A stretch of DNA of 21,396 nt from an uncultured archaeon (lineage in GTDB: Archaea > Asgardarchaeota > Lokiarchaeia > Sigyniarchaeales > SOKP01). A program made the position numbers and the translations under genes. The notes beneath the pieces were generated by a model that saw only the letters and a program-made list of their open reading frames with translations, was not told where the DNA came from and did not search any database. Shown in pieces: positions 1 to 9,788 of the stretch. The stretch spans positions 1-21,396 of the forward strand of contig CAZGJX010000079.1 in assembly GCA_964525635.1 (NCBI GenBank). The letters are read 5' to 3'. How positions within the stretch are numbered: the first letter of the stretch is position 1; the number at the start of each line of letters is the position of its first letter.

Positions 1-64
1 AGAAGTCACATCATTAGGACGAGTAACTATTTTTATTATTTATGTTCAAAAAATTATATCTAAT

Positions 65-622
65 TTAAACATGTTCTCCCATTTCTAATATTTTTTCATT
101 AAAAGTAATTAATTTTTCCAAATTTATTTGTACCGCTTTTAGAAATTGCGCTGTAACTAAATAATTCTCATTATCTTTTTGGGACATATCATTATGAATA
201 TCTTTTAATCTCTCTTTAAAAAATATTGTCTCATTTATAATTTGTTTGTATTGATCCATTATCAGCTCTTTTAAATTTAATTTTACATAATATCTCCTTT
301 CTCTTCGATGATTATTATTAAGGATTTCTATATAGTGACATTTTCCTGATTTTAATAGAGAGGATAATGAACGTGATGCTGTACTTATTGAACGATTAAT
401 AAATTTTGCTATTGATCGTTGATCTAATCCATATTCTGGTTTAAAAGCACGCAAAACTAGAATTCCGAATACTTTTCCTATAATAAAATATGATCCTCGC
501 ATTTCCCAAAGTTGACTATATAATTCAACTATTTTTTTTTCATATTTATTTAATTCTTTTGTATTATTGTCCAAACTTGGTTCTTTGAATTTTGTTTTCT
601 TTTTTTCCATATTATACAACAT
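65..622 (-). CDS. GbsR/MarR-like winged-helix transcriptional regulator
   Basis: 185 aa. GKVFGILVL, then an HTH-like segment LDQRSIAKFINRSISTASRSLSSL, a wing-like RRERRYY and a helical C-terminus. Divergent from 739..1140 across a palindromic site. Start may be ATG 610. Confidence 0.7.
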   Translation of the reverse strand: MLYNMEKKKTKFKEPSLDNNTKELNKYEKKIVELYSQLWEMRGSYFIIGKVFGILVLRAFKPEYGLDQRSIAKFINRSISTASRSLSSLLKSGKCHYIEILNNNHRRERRYYVKLNLKELIMDQYKQIINETIFFKERLKDIHNDMSQKDNENYLVTAQFLKAVQINLEKLITFNEKILEMGEHV

Positions 623-654
623 TACAGAATTATGTATAGATGAGAATCATAAAC

Positions 655-662
655 TTTATAAA
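655..662. promoter_or_regulatory. Palindromic TATA box, possibly bidirectional
   Basis: TTTATAAA reads the same on both strands and has an A-rich BRE-like stretch upstream on each strand. It lies between the divergent starts at 622 and 739. Confidence 0.5.
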
Positions 663-668
663 CTTTCT

Positions 669-702
669 CTCGCTTGCACCATTGTGCAATTATGCACGCG
701 AG
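669..702. promoter_or_regulatory. Candidate operator (nested inverted repeats)
   Basis: CTCGCTTGCA 669-678 / TGCACGCGAG 693-702 (9/10 inverted repeat), containing TTGCAC-catt-GTGCAA (674-689). GC-rich patch in an AT-rich spacer. Confidence 0.6.
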
Positions 703-738
703 CAATAATTTAAAAAAATATTTTCAAATGAAGGTATT

Positions 739-1140
739 ATGAATGTTTCAGAGATTTTAATAATAATTGGAGGAATATTATCTTTATTAATGGGACTTTT
801 TCACACACAATTTCCCAAGATTTTTAAATTGAAGAATTCTTTCAAGGAAGATCAAAATTCAAGTTACAAAATAATTTTTACAATACATATTGCATTAATT
901 ATTATTTTATTTGAATTTGGTTTTTTTTCAATAATATATTCTCAAGAAATAGCACAGAAAAAAGGACTTGGATTTGGATTTCTTATAATAAATTCGATAC
1001 TATGGTTATGGAGATTATTTTGGCAAATATATTACTTTAAAATTCCCAAAAATTTGGATAAAAAACCTGTGTTGCATTATTTTTTAATAAGTTTTTTTTC
1101 AATTATGTTGAGTATCTATTTAATTCCATTATTTTTATAG
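739..1140 (+). CDS. Small integral membrane protein (about 4 TM), function unknown
   Basis: 133 aa, four hydrophobic segments with His residues in or near the helices (FH, IH, LH) and a W-R motif. AAGGT precedes the ATG. Confidence 0.7.
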   Translation: MNVSEILIIIGGILSLLMGLFHTQFPKIFKLKNSFKEDQNSSYKIIFTIHIALIIILFEFGFFSIIYSQEIAQKKGLGFGFLIINSILWLWRLFWQIYYFKIPKNLDKKPVLHYFLISFFSIMLSIYLIPLFL

Positions 1141-1490
1141 GATATTTTTATCTAAACAATGAATAAATTTCTTTTTTTTTTATAAATTATCATTTCTAAG
1201 AAAATTAGCATTGGATCTATTTAAAACATTATGAATGAATTAATATTCAAATTATTGAATCCATAGCTAAAATTAAGAATAAATAATGTTAACAGACAAT
1301 GAAGATCTTTTATTTAAAAAAAAAAGGAAAACATTTTTTCTATACCAATATATTTACCAATTATTCAATATGATAAAATAAAGATAAATATAGAAACAAT
1401 CTTTTATTCAATAAAATTTATAGATTTATGGAAAATAATATATTTTTATAAATATAGATCTAAATTGAAAGAGTAAAAATTTAATTTAAT

Positions 1491-3212
1491 ATGATAATAA
1501 ATTCAATTGAGGAAGATACATTAAGAAAAAAGGTTTGGAAAATAATCAATATAATACAAGCAAACCAGCTTTTTATACATTTTAAAAATCTGGAGATTAA
1601 ATATTTACATGAAAGAAAAATCAAAAAAATAATTCTCCCAGAAATTTTAACTCTTAGTGTTTTAAATGCTTTAGTTCCTAATTCAGCATTATTATTAATA
1701 GGCGGTCATGGTGGAGGTAAAAGTAGTCTTGTAAAATTACTCGGTCGAATGTTTACTTCTAAATCTTTAAATGAAATTGAAAACACAATCGTCAGAGGAC
1801 ATCCACAATTAACAGAGGAAAAACTTGTTGGAACATTAAAATTAGGAAAATTAATGAAAGAAGGAATCGAGGAGGTAATCTGGAAGAATTTCATAACAAG
1901 TTTCTGGAAAATAATTGATGAAGTAAATAGATTAACACCCTACACTCAGGATATATTATTATCATTACTTGCAGAAGGAACTGTGAAATATTATGATTCC
2001 GTCTTAAATATCAACAAGTTTTGTTTGTATGCAACAATAAATCCTCAAGATATAGGGACCTTTAAACTCTCAAAACCATTTTTAGATCGATTTGGTATTT
2101 CAATTCCAATATCAATGCCGGCAAGTCAAGATTTACAATTAATTCTATCAGCTAAAGATGAGAAATATAGTGGATATGAAGAAATAGTTCAAGTTCCAAA
2201 TATCCTTACAATAGATGAATTAATGGAAATATGGTATCATGTAAATTCAATTCAAATTGAAGAAGAAGCTAATAATTATATTCATGCAATAGTAAGAGAA
2301 TATACTCTATGTGATAGGATAGATAAAGGTAATGCTGAAAATTTAAAACCAAGTACTGGTTTATGTTCAGGCTGTCATTATAACACAAATCAAAATGTTT
2401 GTAATAAAATTGAAAATATTTTAAGCGTTCGAGTAGCAAAAGATTTACTTAGATATTCAAGAGCTATGGCTTGGTTGTTAGATATTAAAATAATTGATAT
2501 TAATATAATAAATACTATTGCTCCTTATATTATTGCTCATCGAGTAGATTATTCACAAAGAGAGATAGTGAAAGCACCTTATTGGGGTGACAAATATAAA
2601 TTTACAAAAGAAATACTATCAAATATTCAAAACAGATTTGTAAAAAGAAAAATTTGTTATGAAATTATTCGGAATTTTAGAAATGGTAAGCAAAATAAAG
2701 ATAAACTTGAAGAATTAAAAAAATTTAGAACCAATGATTTAATTGTAAAATATGATCTATATCCTTTTATTAAACAGATTAACAATAAAACCTATGCTAA
2801 TTTAGCTCAACAAATAGATTTAGCATCAAAAAATGGTTTAATGAATGATTTATCTAATATAAGAAATGATCTTATTGAAAATATTGATTTTCCAAACCGA
2901 GCAGACTTGATCAATTGGTGCAATCATGAACTATATAGACAGACTGTGACAGATTTTGTATTCAAATACTATTATTGGCGAGAAATATGGGCAGATATTG
3001 CAACTGAATTTCCCAATTTGGATAGTCCTATAAAAGAAGCATTTAGTAAGAGACAAACTAAACAAGTAAGAACGGAAGATTTACTAATTGAAATCAATGT
3101 TACGGGAACTACAGATGATTCATTAATAAATATTCAAGTATCTGGAGGAACTGAGGCTTTAAAACTAAAATCATTATTGGATAATTCTGAATATATAAAA
3201 AAAGATCTATGA
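1491..3212 (+). CDS. MoxR-like AAA+ ATPase with a Cys4 insertion and C-terminal extension
   Basis: Walker A GGHGGGKS, Walker B IIDEVNR, sensor-1 ATINP, arginine-finger region PFLDRF, sensor-2 SVR. Followed 19 bp later by a vWA gene. Confidence 0.85.
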   Translation: MIINSIEEDTLRKKVWKIINIIQANQLFIHFKNLEIKYLHERKIKKIILPEILTLSVLNALVPNSALLLIGGHGGGKSSLVKLLGRMFTSKSLNEIENTIVRGHPQLTEEKLVGTLKLGKLMKEGIEEVIWKNFITSFWKIIDEVNRLTPYTQDILLSLLAEGTVKYYDSVLNINKFCLYATINPQDIGTFKLSKPFLDRFGISIPISMPASQDLQLILSAKDEKYSGYEEIVQVPNILTIDELMEIWYHVNSIQIEEEANNYIHAIVREYTLCDRIDKGNAENLKPSTGLCSGCHYNTNQNVCNKIENILSVRVAKDLLRYSRAMAWLLDIKIIDINIINTIAPYIIAHRVDYSQREIVKAPYWGDKYKFTKEILSNIQNRFVKRKICYEIIRNFRNGKQNKDKLEELKKFRTNDLIVKYDLYPFIKQINNKTYANLAQQIDLASKNGLMNDLSNIRNDLIENIDFPNRADLINWCNHELYRQTVTDFVFKYYYWREIWADIATEFPNLDSPIKEAFSKRQTKQVRTEDLLIEINVTGTTDDSLINIQVSGGTEALKLKSLLDNSEYIKKDL

Positions 3213-3231
3213 AATAATAGCTGGTTATATT

Positions 3232-4935
3232 GTGAAAGATAAACAAAACGATGATTTAATAAAGGAAAAGGAGTTAAAGTTAATTAAGTTAGCAAAAGAA
3301 GGATGGAATAAAAGTATTGAAGAGTATTATTATCCTCCTTTAAATCAACCTAATTTTATATTTGATTATACTCATTATGAAGGTTTCTATATCGATCCAG
3401 AGCACAAATGGCAAATCACAATGAATTTAGCTAACACCCCCTTATTTCAAGATGATTCTGAATATCTGGATTTCTATTTTATCATATGTTTACATGAAAT
3501 ATCTCATTATCAAATTATCCCATATGATGGTTTAATAAATGCCAAGCTTTTAAAAGCTGCATTGAAACATACAAACCATTATTTTGCTCCAATAGTTGTT
3601 AATTTATTCTCAGATTTAGTTATTGATAAAATATTATATACAAGACATCCAGATTTAATTAATTGGGAGTTAAAGACTACTTATAAACATATTAAGAATA
3701 GAATGAATTTATCTGATTTTTCAAAAATGTTATTTCTCATATATGAAAAACTTTTAAATATAAATATTTTGAAAGAAAATGATTCCAGTTCAAATGATTA
3801 TTTTGTAGATCAGATTGTAAGCATTATTTTGGATGATTTTTATAATGAATCAAAATGGGAAAAAAAAATTGAAGATATTGCATTTTATTTGAAAGATTTA
3901 ATGAATAATACTTTTAAATTAGCTGGAATTAATAATGGAACTAAAAAGAATAAATCATTAAGAGATGGAAGAAAAAAGAAGAAAGACTATATTGAAATTC
4001 CAAATGATATACTTGAGATTATGGATAATCCCTTAGAAAATAGGAATATTGATAAAATTAAAGCTGATAATGAAGATCATCTTAAACAAAAAGCAGAAGA
4101 TTTTGCGAAAGAGACAAATTATTCTGATTTTGGGGCTCCTGCAAGACAAGCAGGTATTTTAATAGATGGTAATCCTTTAGCAACCTGGTATAGAGGAAAG
4201 GCAAAAGATTTAATTCAAATAAAGATTTTTGAAAAAATCCCGGGAGATGAAATACCTATATTTCCAGAAGTTTGGAGACTAGGTGATGCAATCGAAGAAT
4301 TAGATATAGTACAGTCATTACTTAATAGTCCAGTTATCATCCCCAATATTACTACTCGTAAATGGACTTATAAGGTGGGAGATACTCAACAAGAAGAAAA
4401 AAAGATTCCTGATCTTTTAATCGTTTTAGATTCTTCTGGTTCAATGCGATGGAATTATCATGCTACATCAGATAATAGAAAAGGTCCTTATCATACTGCT
4501 CTTCTTGCCGCTTTTGCATCATTACATTATGTTGTTAAAAAAGGAGTTAAATTCAGCATAATTAATTTCTCAAATATTGCGGATATTTGCAATTGGACAA
4601 ATAATTTTTATAAAGCAGAGGAAGTATTACTAAGATATCAGGGTGGGGGGACTATTTTACCAATCAGAGCAATTGAACAACAATGTAATCTTTCAGAAAA
4701 CAAAATCCTTATCTTTATTATAACTGATTTTGGTATTCATAATTGGAATGTTTCAAAAAAAAAAATGTTAGAGATTTCCCAAAAAGGTCATAAAATCGTA
4801 GGCTTCTTTATAGGATCTCTTAATATTCCTGAAATCAAATTTAAAGATTTAATACCATATGTTAGTTTCTATCCAATCACAAATATTAAAGATTTGGTAA
4901 ACATGGTAATTATGGAATTGAAAAGGTATTATTAA
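3232..4935 (+). CDS. vWA-domain protein with N-terminal HExxH metallopeptidase-like domain
   Basis: HEISH at 3493-3507 followed by N..SD..ID. C-terminal MIDAS elements LIVLDSSGSM, GGGT and IITD. GTG start. Confidence 0.85.
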   Translation: MKDKQNDDLIKEKELKLIKLAKEGWNKSIEEYYYPPLNQPNFIFDYTHYEGFYIDPEHKWQITMNLANTPLFQDDSEYLDFYFIICLHEISHYQIIPYDGLINAKLLKAALKHTNHYFAPIVVNLFSDLVIDKILYTRHPDLINWELKTTYKHIKNRMNLSDFSKMLFLIYEKLLNINILKENDSSSNDYFVDQIVSIILDDFYNESKWEKKIEDIAFYLKDLMNNTFKLAGINNGTKKNKSLRDGRKKKKDYIEIPNDILEIMDNPLENRNIDKIKADNEDHLKQKAEDFAKETNYSDFGAPARQAGILIDGNPLATWYRGKAKDLIQIKIFEKIPGDEIPIFPEVWRLGDAIEELDIVQSLLNSPVIIPNITTRKWTYKVGDTQQEEKKIPDLLIVLDSSGSMRWNYHATSDNRKGPYHTALLAAFASLHYVVKKGVKFSIINFSNIADICNWTNNFYKAEEVLLRYQGGGTILPIRAIEQQCNLSENKILIFIITDFGIHNWNVSKKKMLEISQKGHKIVGFFIGSLNIPEIKFKDLIPYVSFYPITNIKDLVNMVIMELKRYY

Positions 4936-5154
4936 TTTTGGGTAGGTACAAATGTTAGTGATAAAAATGCATAAATTGATTTATTTTAGAATATTTCTCC
5001 TAAAATTATAATTTAATAAAAGAATATATTCTTCCATCACTGAATTTTGTACGCACCCTTAATTATTTCTTTAAATGTTAAATTCTTTATTCAGATCCAA
5101 CCCCACCTTTAATTATTTTAAAAATAATCTACAATATAAAAAAAAAAGAAAAAA

Positions 5155-5311
5155 ATAGATCCCCTTACTTACGACAATTCCAATATAAAAGGTGTAGTAC
5201 TGAAGATATCTACTCTACTTAAGTAAAGTAGATCACCAAAAGACAAAAATCCAGGGATTTAAGCAAGGTATGACCTATCTTCTCAAACAATCTGCTTTAA
5301 CATAAGATTGT
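5155..5311 (-). ncRNA. Putative structured non-coding RNA (unassigned)
   Basis: TTTAAATA box at 5342-5335, several hairpins, higher GC than the flanks, T-tract at 5155-5137, no convincing ORF. No known RNA family recognised. Confidence 0.35.
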
Positions 5312-5463
5312 ATATAATAAGGAAGAAAAACAATTATTTAAAGCTTGCTATATTACAAATAAAGTTATCTAAAATAATAAAATAGATTATAGGTTTAATG
5401 AATTTTGAAAATAAATAAAAGATATAATGTAAAATTCTTAATTAGAGGAAAGTGTGAAATATA

Positions 5464-5736
5464 TCACAAATTTTTTTTATTCATATTTTTTAAGTATAAT
5501 TTCATGAAGTATCTCTGGCTTTTACAATAATCAAATTTTTGATCATTAGTTAAATCTGAGCAGTTTTGGATAATATTTTGTAAATCTTTAACAATTTCGA
5601 AGCTCTCTTCAATATTATTATTTAAAGGCTCTAGAGGATTTTTGTTGCTATTAAGATCATTTAAAACTTGTTGCATTGATTTTTGCTTTTCATTTGTTTC
5701 AAATTTTTCATCAGATAATTTTGGTTTTGAGCTCAT
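5464..5736 (-). CDS. Hypothetical protein
   Basis: 90 aa ATG-started hydrophilic ORF. No recognisable motif. Confidence 0.55.
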   Translation of the reverse strand: MSSKPKLSDEKFETNEKQKSMQQVLNDLNSNKNPLEPLNNNIEESFEIVKDLQNIIQNCSDLTNDQKFDYCKSQRYFMKLYLKNMNKKNL

Positions 5737-5929
5737 GGTTTAATCAGAATATTTTTTTATTGGAGATATTATTCTAATTTATATATCAAGAATATCACGG
5801 TAATATTTTTCTACATATGTATTATCCAAATATCACACATCCATAATCAATAGGACACCCTATATAGGTTTTCATATAGAAAAAGAAAGAAAAAATGAGA
5901 AACTTAGAAATAAATAAATAAAAATGCAA

Positions 5930-7090
5930 TTATTTATTATTATTTGAAAATATTGCGGAATTTTGTTTGACTTCTTTTTGGAGTAGAATAAATGCATTAT
6001 TCGAAGATGAAAATGGTTTTGCATTATATCTTTCTACTATATGTACTAATTCTTCATCAAAAATACGGACAAATACTTCAATTTGAGGAAAACGTAAATA
6101 AAGTTTAGAAGTTAGATAAAGGGATTCATCAAATTCAGTATCTCGTTTCCAACAAATAAAGACTTGGGAAACATCATCTAAATTCACATGTTGTCGTAGG
6201 TCACTTAAAAAAAAAGCATATTCATTTATAATATGTAATTGATCATTCTCTTTAAATTCAATCCCATCATGCTCATCATCAAAGAGGAAGACCTCTCTAT
6301 CTGGTTGTAAAGATATGTGATGAGCAATTCTGTGGGTTAAGTGATCTCGTCCAATCACTATGGCTTTTCCCTTTTGACCTTCACACCATTTACAGATATT
6401 ATTAATTGCCCATTCTGACGTTGAAAATGAAAAAGCATTTAGGGGAGGTTGTTCGAGATATTCTTGTACATGATCTTCAAATACACGGACATAAATTGAA
6501 CATTTTTTATTTATTTCACGAATTTTTTCTGTACATACTATTGATATTCTAACATCATTAATACAAATAAAAACTTCTTTAGCTTCTATTATATTCGCAA
6601 ATATTAAATTAGAAGTTTGTGTTGCATCTCCAATTACTATTGGATGACCTGAACTTACTAGATCTTCTACTAATTCCTCATCATCTTCAATAATAACAAA
6701 TGGATGTTTATTTTCTATACAATGTTCAACAATTCTCTCAGCAAGATGCTGATATCCAATAATTACAGTATGATTTTTCTGGTGTTTAGAGAGTATTTTG
6801 CATGTTATAATAGGATTATACTTTTCTAAAAGCTCCCCTATGATAAAACCAAATACAACTACTTCTAATAAAATAGGCCACATTAGACTAAAGAATCCAC
6901 CAAAGTCTCCAGAATCTATAGGACTACGAATTCCCAAAGATATTAAGAATATAATTAGAGTACTTTGATTTATTTCAGTAAAAAGGAAAACTAGAAATCC
7001 CATTAACCAAAAAAGGAACAGAAATATAAATGCTGCCTTATACTCTTTGATTTTTAAATGGAGATCAATTAAAGAATTGGTTATAGTCAT
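5930..7090 (-). CDS. Ion-channel-like protein with two TrkA-N/RCK domains
   Basis: N-terminal TM region, RCK1 HTVIIGYQHLA...IVIGDAT...YVRV, RCK2 KAIVIGRDHLT...FVRI. Confidence 0.8.
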   Translation of the reverse strand: MTITNSLIDLHLKIKEYKAAFIFLFLFWLMGFLVFLFTEINQSTLIIFLISLGIRSPIDSGDFGGFFSLMWPILLEVVVFGFIIGELLEKYNPIITCKILSKHQKNHTVIIGYQHLAERIVEHCIENKHPFVIIEDDEELVEDLVSSGHPIVIGDATQTSNLIFANIIEAKEVFICINDVRISIVCTEKIREINKKCSIYVRVFEDHVQEYLEQPPLNAFSFSTSEWAINNICKWCEGQKGKAIVIGRDHLTHRIAHHISLQPDREVFLFDDEHDGIEFKENDQLHIINEYAFFLSDLRQHVNLDDVSQVFICWKRDTEFDESLYLTSKLYLRFPQIEVFVRIFDEELVHIVERYNAKPFSSSNNAFILLQKEVKQNSAIFSNNNK

Positions 7091-7256
7091 AATTTATTAT
7101 AAATGAGATTAAAATATAAAGGATTCGATCTCTTATTTAAGACTTTTATTTTTGTCTACTCCTATTAAGCATATAGCTAGAACCTAATTTTAAGATGTAT
7201 AATACTACTTATCGTATATATTAATATTTTTATGTAAGATCTAATATAAATAAGGT

Positions 7257-8143
7257 ATGGCATTAGGTAAAAGAAAAAAAATATTATATTTTATGGTGAT
7301 ATTTTATATCTCTATAATTGCTGTAATACTATTTGGATTTATTTCAGGTTTGATGGAAACAGGTGAACAATTAATATCTTTTCTTCCAATAGGGTCTTCA
7401 CTACTTGAATATATGGTCGTTATTTTTCTATTCTATCCATTAAGTATGCTAATAGGATGTTTAATTGGACAATATGTAATGGTTCCATTGTATATATTGA
7501 TTCATAAAAAAATTATTGGACGAAAAATGGAGTATGGAGTTTGTATAAAACCTAAGGAAAACGATTACAAAACAAAGTATGATTTTTTTATTCCCTCTCT
7601 TATTGCAGTAAGTTTTGCATTATTACTTACTAATAACTTAACTAACTCTCTTATAGATTTATTTCTAGTTCGTGGTAATCCTGATGAGGGCAATACTATT
7701 CTTAATGTATTTTTCATTAGTCTTATTATAACGCTTTTAATTGCTATGTTTATGTACTCTCCTGTTTGGTATTTTTTAGATTCAAAAATAGTCTATTCTA
7801 ATCAGACAAAAGTTGAAAATTTAAGAGATCCAATAGAGATTCGGAGTGTTGGAAATTGGTATCGTACCTTTCTAAGAGGATATGCGGGAATTGGGCTCGT
7901 TGTTGCGTATTTAGAATTTCTTCTTATATCTTATTCAAAATCTTCAGGAGATATTGGACAACAGATCTTTTCACTTATTTTTATTATACCATTTCCAATA
8001 ATTATAGCATTCTTCGGACTCCCGGTAATTCTCTTCTTAGAAATAACAAAAAAAAAAGAATGAAATATATAGATAAAATACTAAGAAAGTTTAATATAAT
8101 TGATAATGTAGACGTATTGATGAATAAATTAGAAAAAAAATAA
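7257..8143 (+). CDS. Polytopic membrane protein, frameshifted at an A10 run (8048-8057)
   Basis: The 268 aa multi-TM ORF stops at 8063 just after the A run. One extra A gives ...EITKKKRMKYIDKILRKFNI... ending at 8143, 8 bp from the convergent gene's stop. Confidence 0.65.
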
Positions 8144-8151
8144 TTCTTTTT

Positions 8152-8808
8152 TTAAAAATTATTCTTTATCCATTCTTCAAACTTTACATTTCTCAATTGT
8201 TCTGCCCATAGAGATTTTATATTTGGAATATCTGGAATAATATTTTCTTTTTTTAGATTCTCGTATAATTTTTCAACAATTTTTTCAATTAAAATCCTTG
8301 ATAAATCTAATTTCTGTATTTTAATTCTCTCTAAGTTATTTTTTATTTTATCATTTACATCTTTTAAAACATCTAGCCATTTATATGCTATGGAAGAAAT
8401 AATTTGGTCAAGATCTTTTAATTTTTCTAGTCCCAATATGGGGAATAAGATTTCATATTTATTCTCAGATTTCCTGATTAAATTATACCATTCTAAATTC
8501 AACAGATGATTTTCAAGAGTTTGATCTGTCCACTGATATTTAACTTTAGTTTTATATTCCTCTTCATTAATTAATAATGGATGGGGTATAAAATTAAGAT
8601 TTTGATAAATTTCTTCAAAGGTTTTAGATCCATTGGAGAGAAAGATTAATATTTGCCTTCTCACTTTATTATCAAGAACCCATGGAATCTCAGGATCATC
8701 CCAAGGTTTTCCTGTAACAAAATCATACCATGGTAATATTTCATCTGTACTTATTTTACCCAAAAACCGATATTCACTATATTTTGAATTTTCTTTCATT
8801 TTAAACAC
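8152..8808 (-). CDS. ArsR-like winged-helix domain protein
   Basis: LDNKVRRQILIFLSNGSKTFEEI...TLENHLLNLEWYNLI matches a wHTH pattern with an insertion. 20 bp downstream of smsB. TTG start (ATG at 8799 is an alternative). Confidence 0.6.
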   Translation of the reverse strand: MFKMKENSKYSEYRFLGKISTDEILPWYDFVTGKPWDDPEIPWVLDNKVRRQILIFLSNGSKTFEEIYQNLNFIPHPLLINEEEYKTKVKYQWTDQTLENHLLNLEWYNLIRKSENKYEILFPILGLEKLKDLDQIISSIAYKWLDVLKDVNDKIKNNLERIKIQKLDLSRILIEKIVEKLYENLKKENIIPDIPNIKSLWAEQLRNVKFEEWIKNNF

Positions 8809-8828
8809 AAATTTTTCTTTTTTTTTAC

Positions 8829-9788
8829 CTATTCACCTAACATTGCTTCAATAAGAGTTTGTATAGCTTCTTCTTCTGTTAAACCTTTTGCTTTAAGCTC
8901 ATCCAGCCATTTTTGAGGAAATCTACCCAAACTTGCCTCATGACTAACACTTGCTTCGGGATCAGTTGCTCTTATATATGGTCTTGCCCTACAAATAGAA
9001 CCCCTTCCTAAAACAATTTCATTACATTCGACATGTCCATTACATTTTGGAGCATTTCCCTCAGTAACTCCATACATTAAAACTTCTCCTCCATTTTGAG
9101 CGGCAGCTTTCATTTTCAATACACTTCTAGCATTTTCACCTTCTAAAAATATGGAATCTCTAATCCTTACAGAATCATTTTTTGTTCGTCCAAATGCTTT
9201 AATTGTTGACCGGATAACAGAATCTTTCATAGCATATATATCAATTAAAATCTTCACTTTACCAACCGTACCACGAGTTAAAGTGAAATTATTTTCAAAT
9301 ATGGAATTTTCACCTATATACATATATGCTACAGGAGCCACTGTAGCACCACTCTTTTCACCATGATAATGTGTTTCAGAATAATTAAATTTACAGTTAT
9401 TTCCAATATAAAAATGTCCAAACATCTTATGAATTAATCCATCAGCTTTAGGAAAACTACAATGAGCTTGAATGGTAACTTCGGAATTATCTTCAGCGAT
9501 AATTCTTGGAAATATTTCTTGAATACCAGTCTCTTTATTAACTCCAAAACATAAATGAATTGGATCTTCTAGTGTTACTCCTTTTTTTATAATAATATCA
9601 GCAATAATTCCATTTTTAATTTCTTTTCCTTTTAAAATAACACCATCTATTTCCTCAAGACCTTTAATTTTATTGAAATCTAATAGTAATTTGGCTCCTT
9701 TTCCATGACCAGGAAGAAAATCTCTAATATTTATATTATAATCTTCAAGACTCTCTAAGATTTCCTTAGGATACTCAGTATTACTCAT
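8829..9788 (-). CDS. sufB: SufB/SufD-family Fe-S scaffold protein (SmsB type)
   Basis: PIHLCFG, AHCSFP, ETHYHG, GHVECNE, VSHEASLG and KGLTEEEA motifs. ATGA overlap with the upstream ATPase gene. Confidence 0.9.
   Translation of the reverse strand: MSNTEYPKEILESLEDYNINIRDFLPGHGKGAKLLLDFNKIKGLEEIDGVILKGKEIKNGIIADIIIKKGVTLEDPIHLCFGVNKETGIQEIFPRIIAEDNSEVTIQAHCSFPKADGLIHKMFGHFYIGNNCKFNYSETHYHGEKSGATVAPVAYMYIGENSIFENNFTLTRGTVGKVKILIDIYAMKDSVIRSTIKAFGRTKNDSVRIRDSIFLEGENARSVLKMKAAAQNGGEVLMYGVTEGNAPKCNGHVECNEIVLGRGSICRARPYIRATDPEASVSHEASLGRFPQKWLDELKAKGLTEEEAIQTLIEAMLGE

Noticed and set aside
1706-1894. 62 aa minus-strand ORF
   Set aside because: Antisense shadow inside the AAA+ gene.
5010-5110. Minus-strand AGGTG followed by TTG GAT CTG (MDLNKEFNI*) and broken fragments
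   Set aside because: May be a decayed small gene, but it is too short and interrupted to assign.
5205-5330. SECIS-like reading of the structured region (GUGA-stem on minus; AUGA-11nt-AAA on plus)
   Set aside because: The 3' NGAN half of the core is not correctly placed, and no flanking gene has a plausible in-frame Sec UGA.
7856-8047. N-terminal part of the 95 aa ORF
   Set aside because: Off-frame overlap with the membrane gene; only the part after the A10 run looks coding.
8633-8854. 73 aa plus-strand ORF
   Set aside because: Antisense to the wHTH and smsB genes, no motif.
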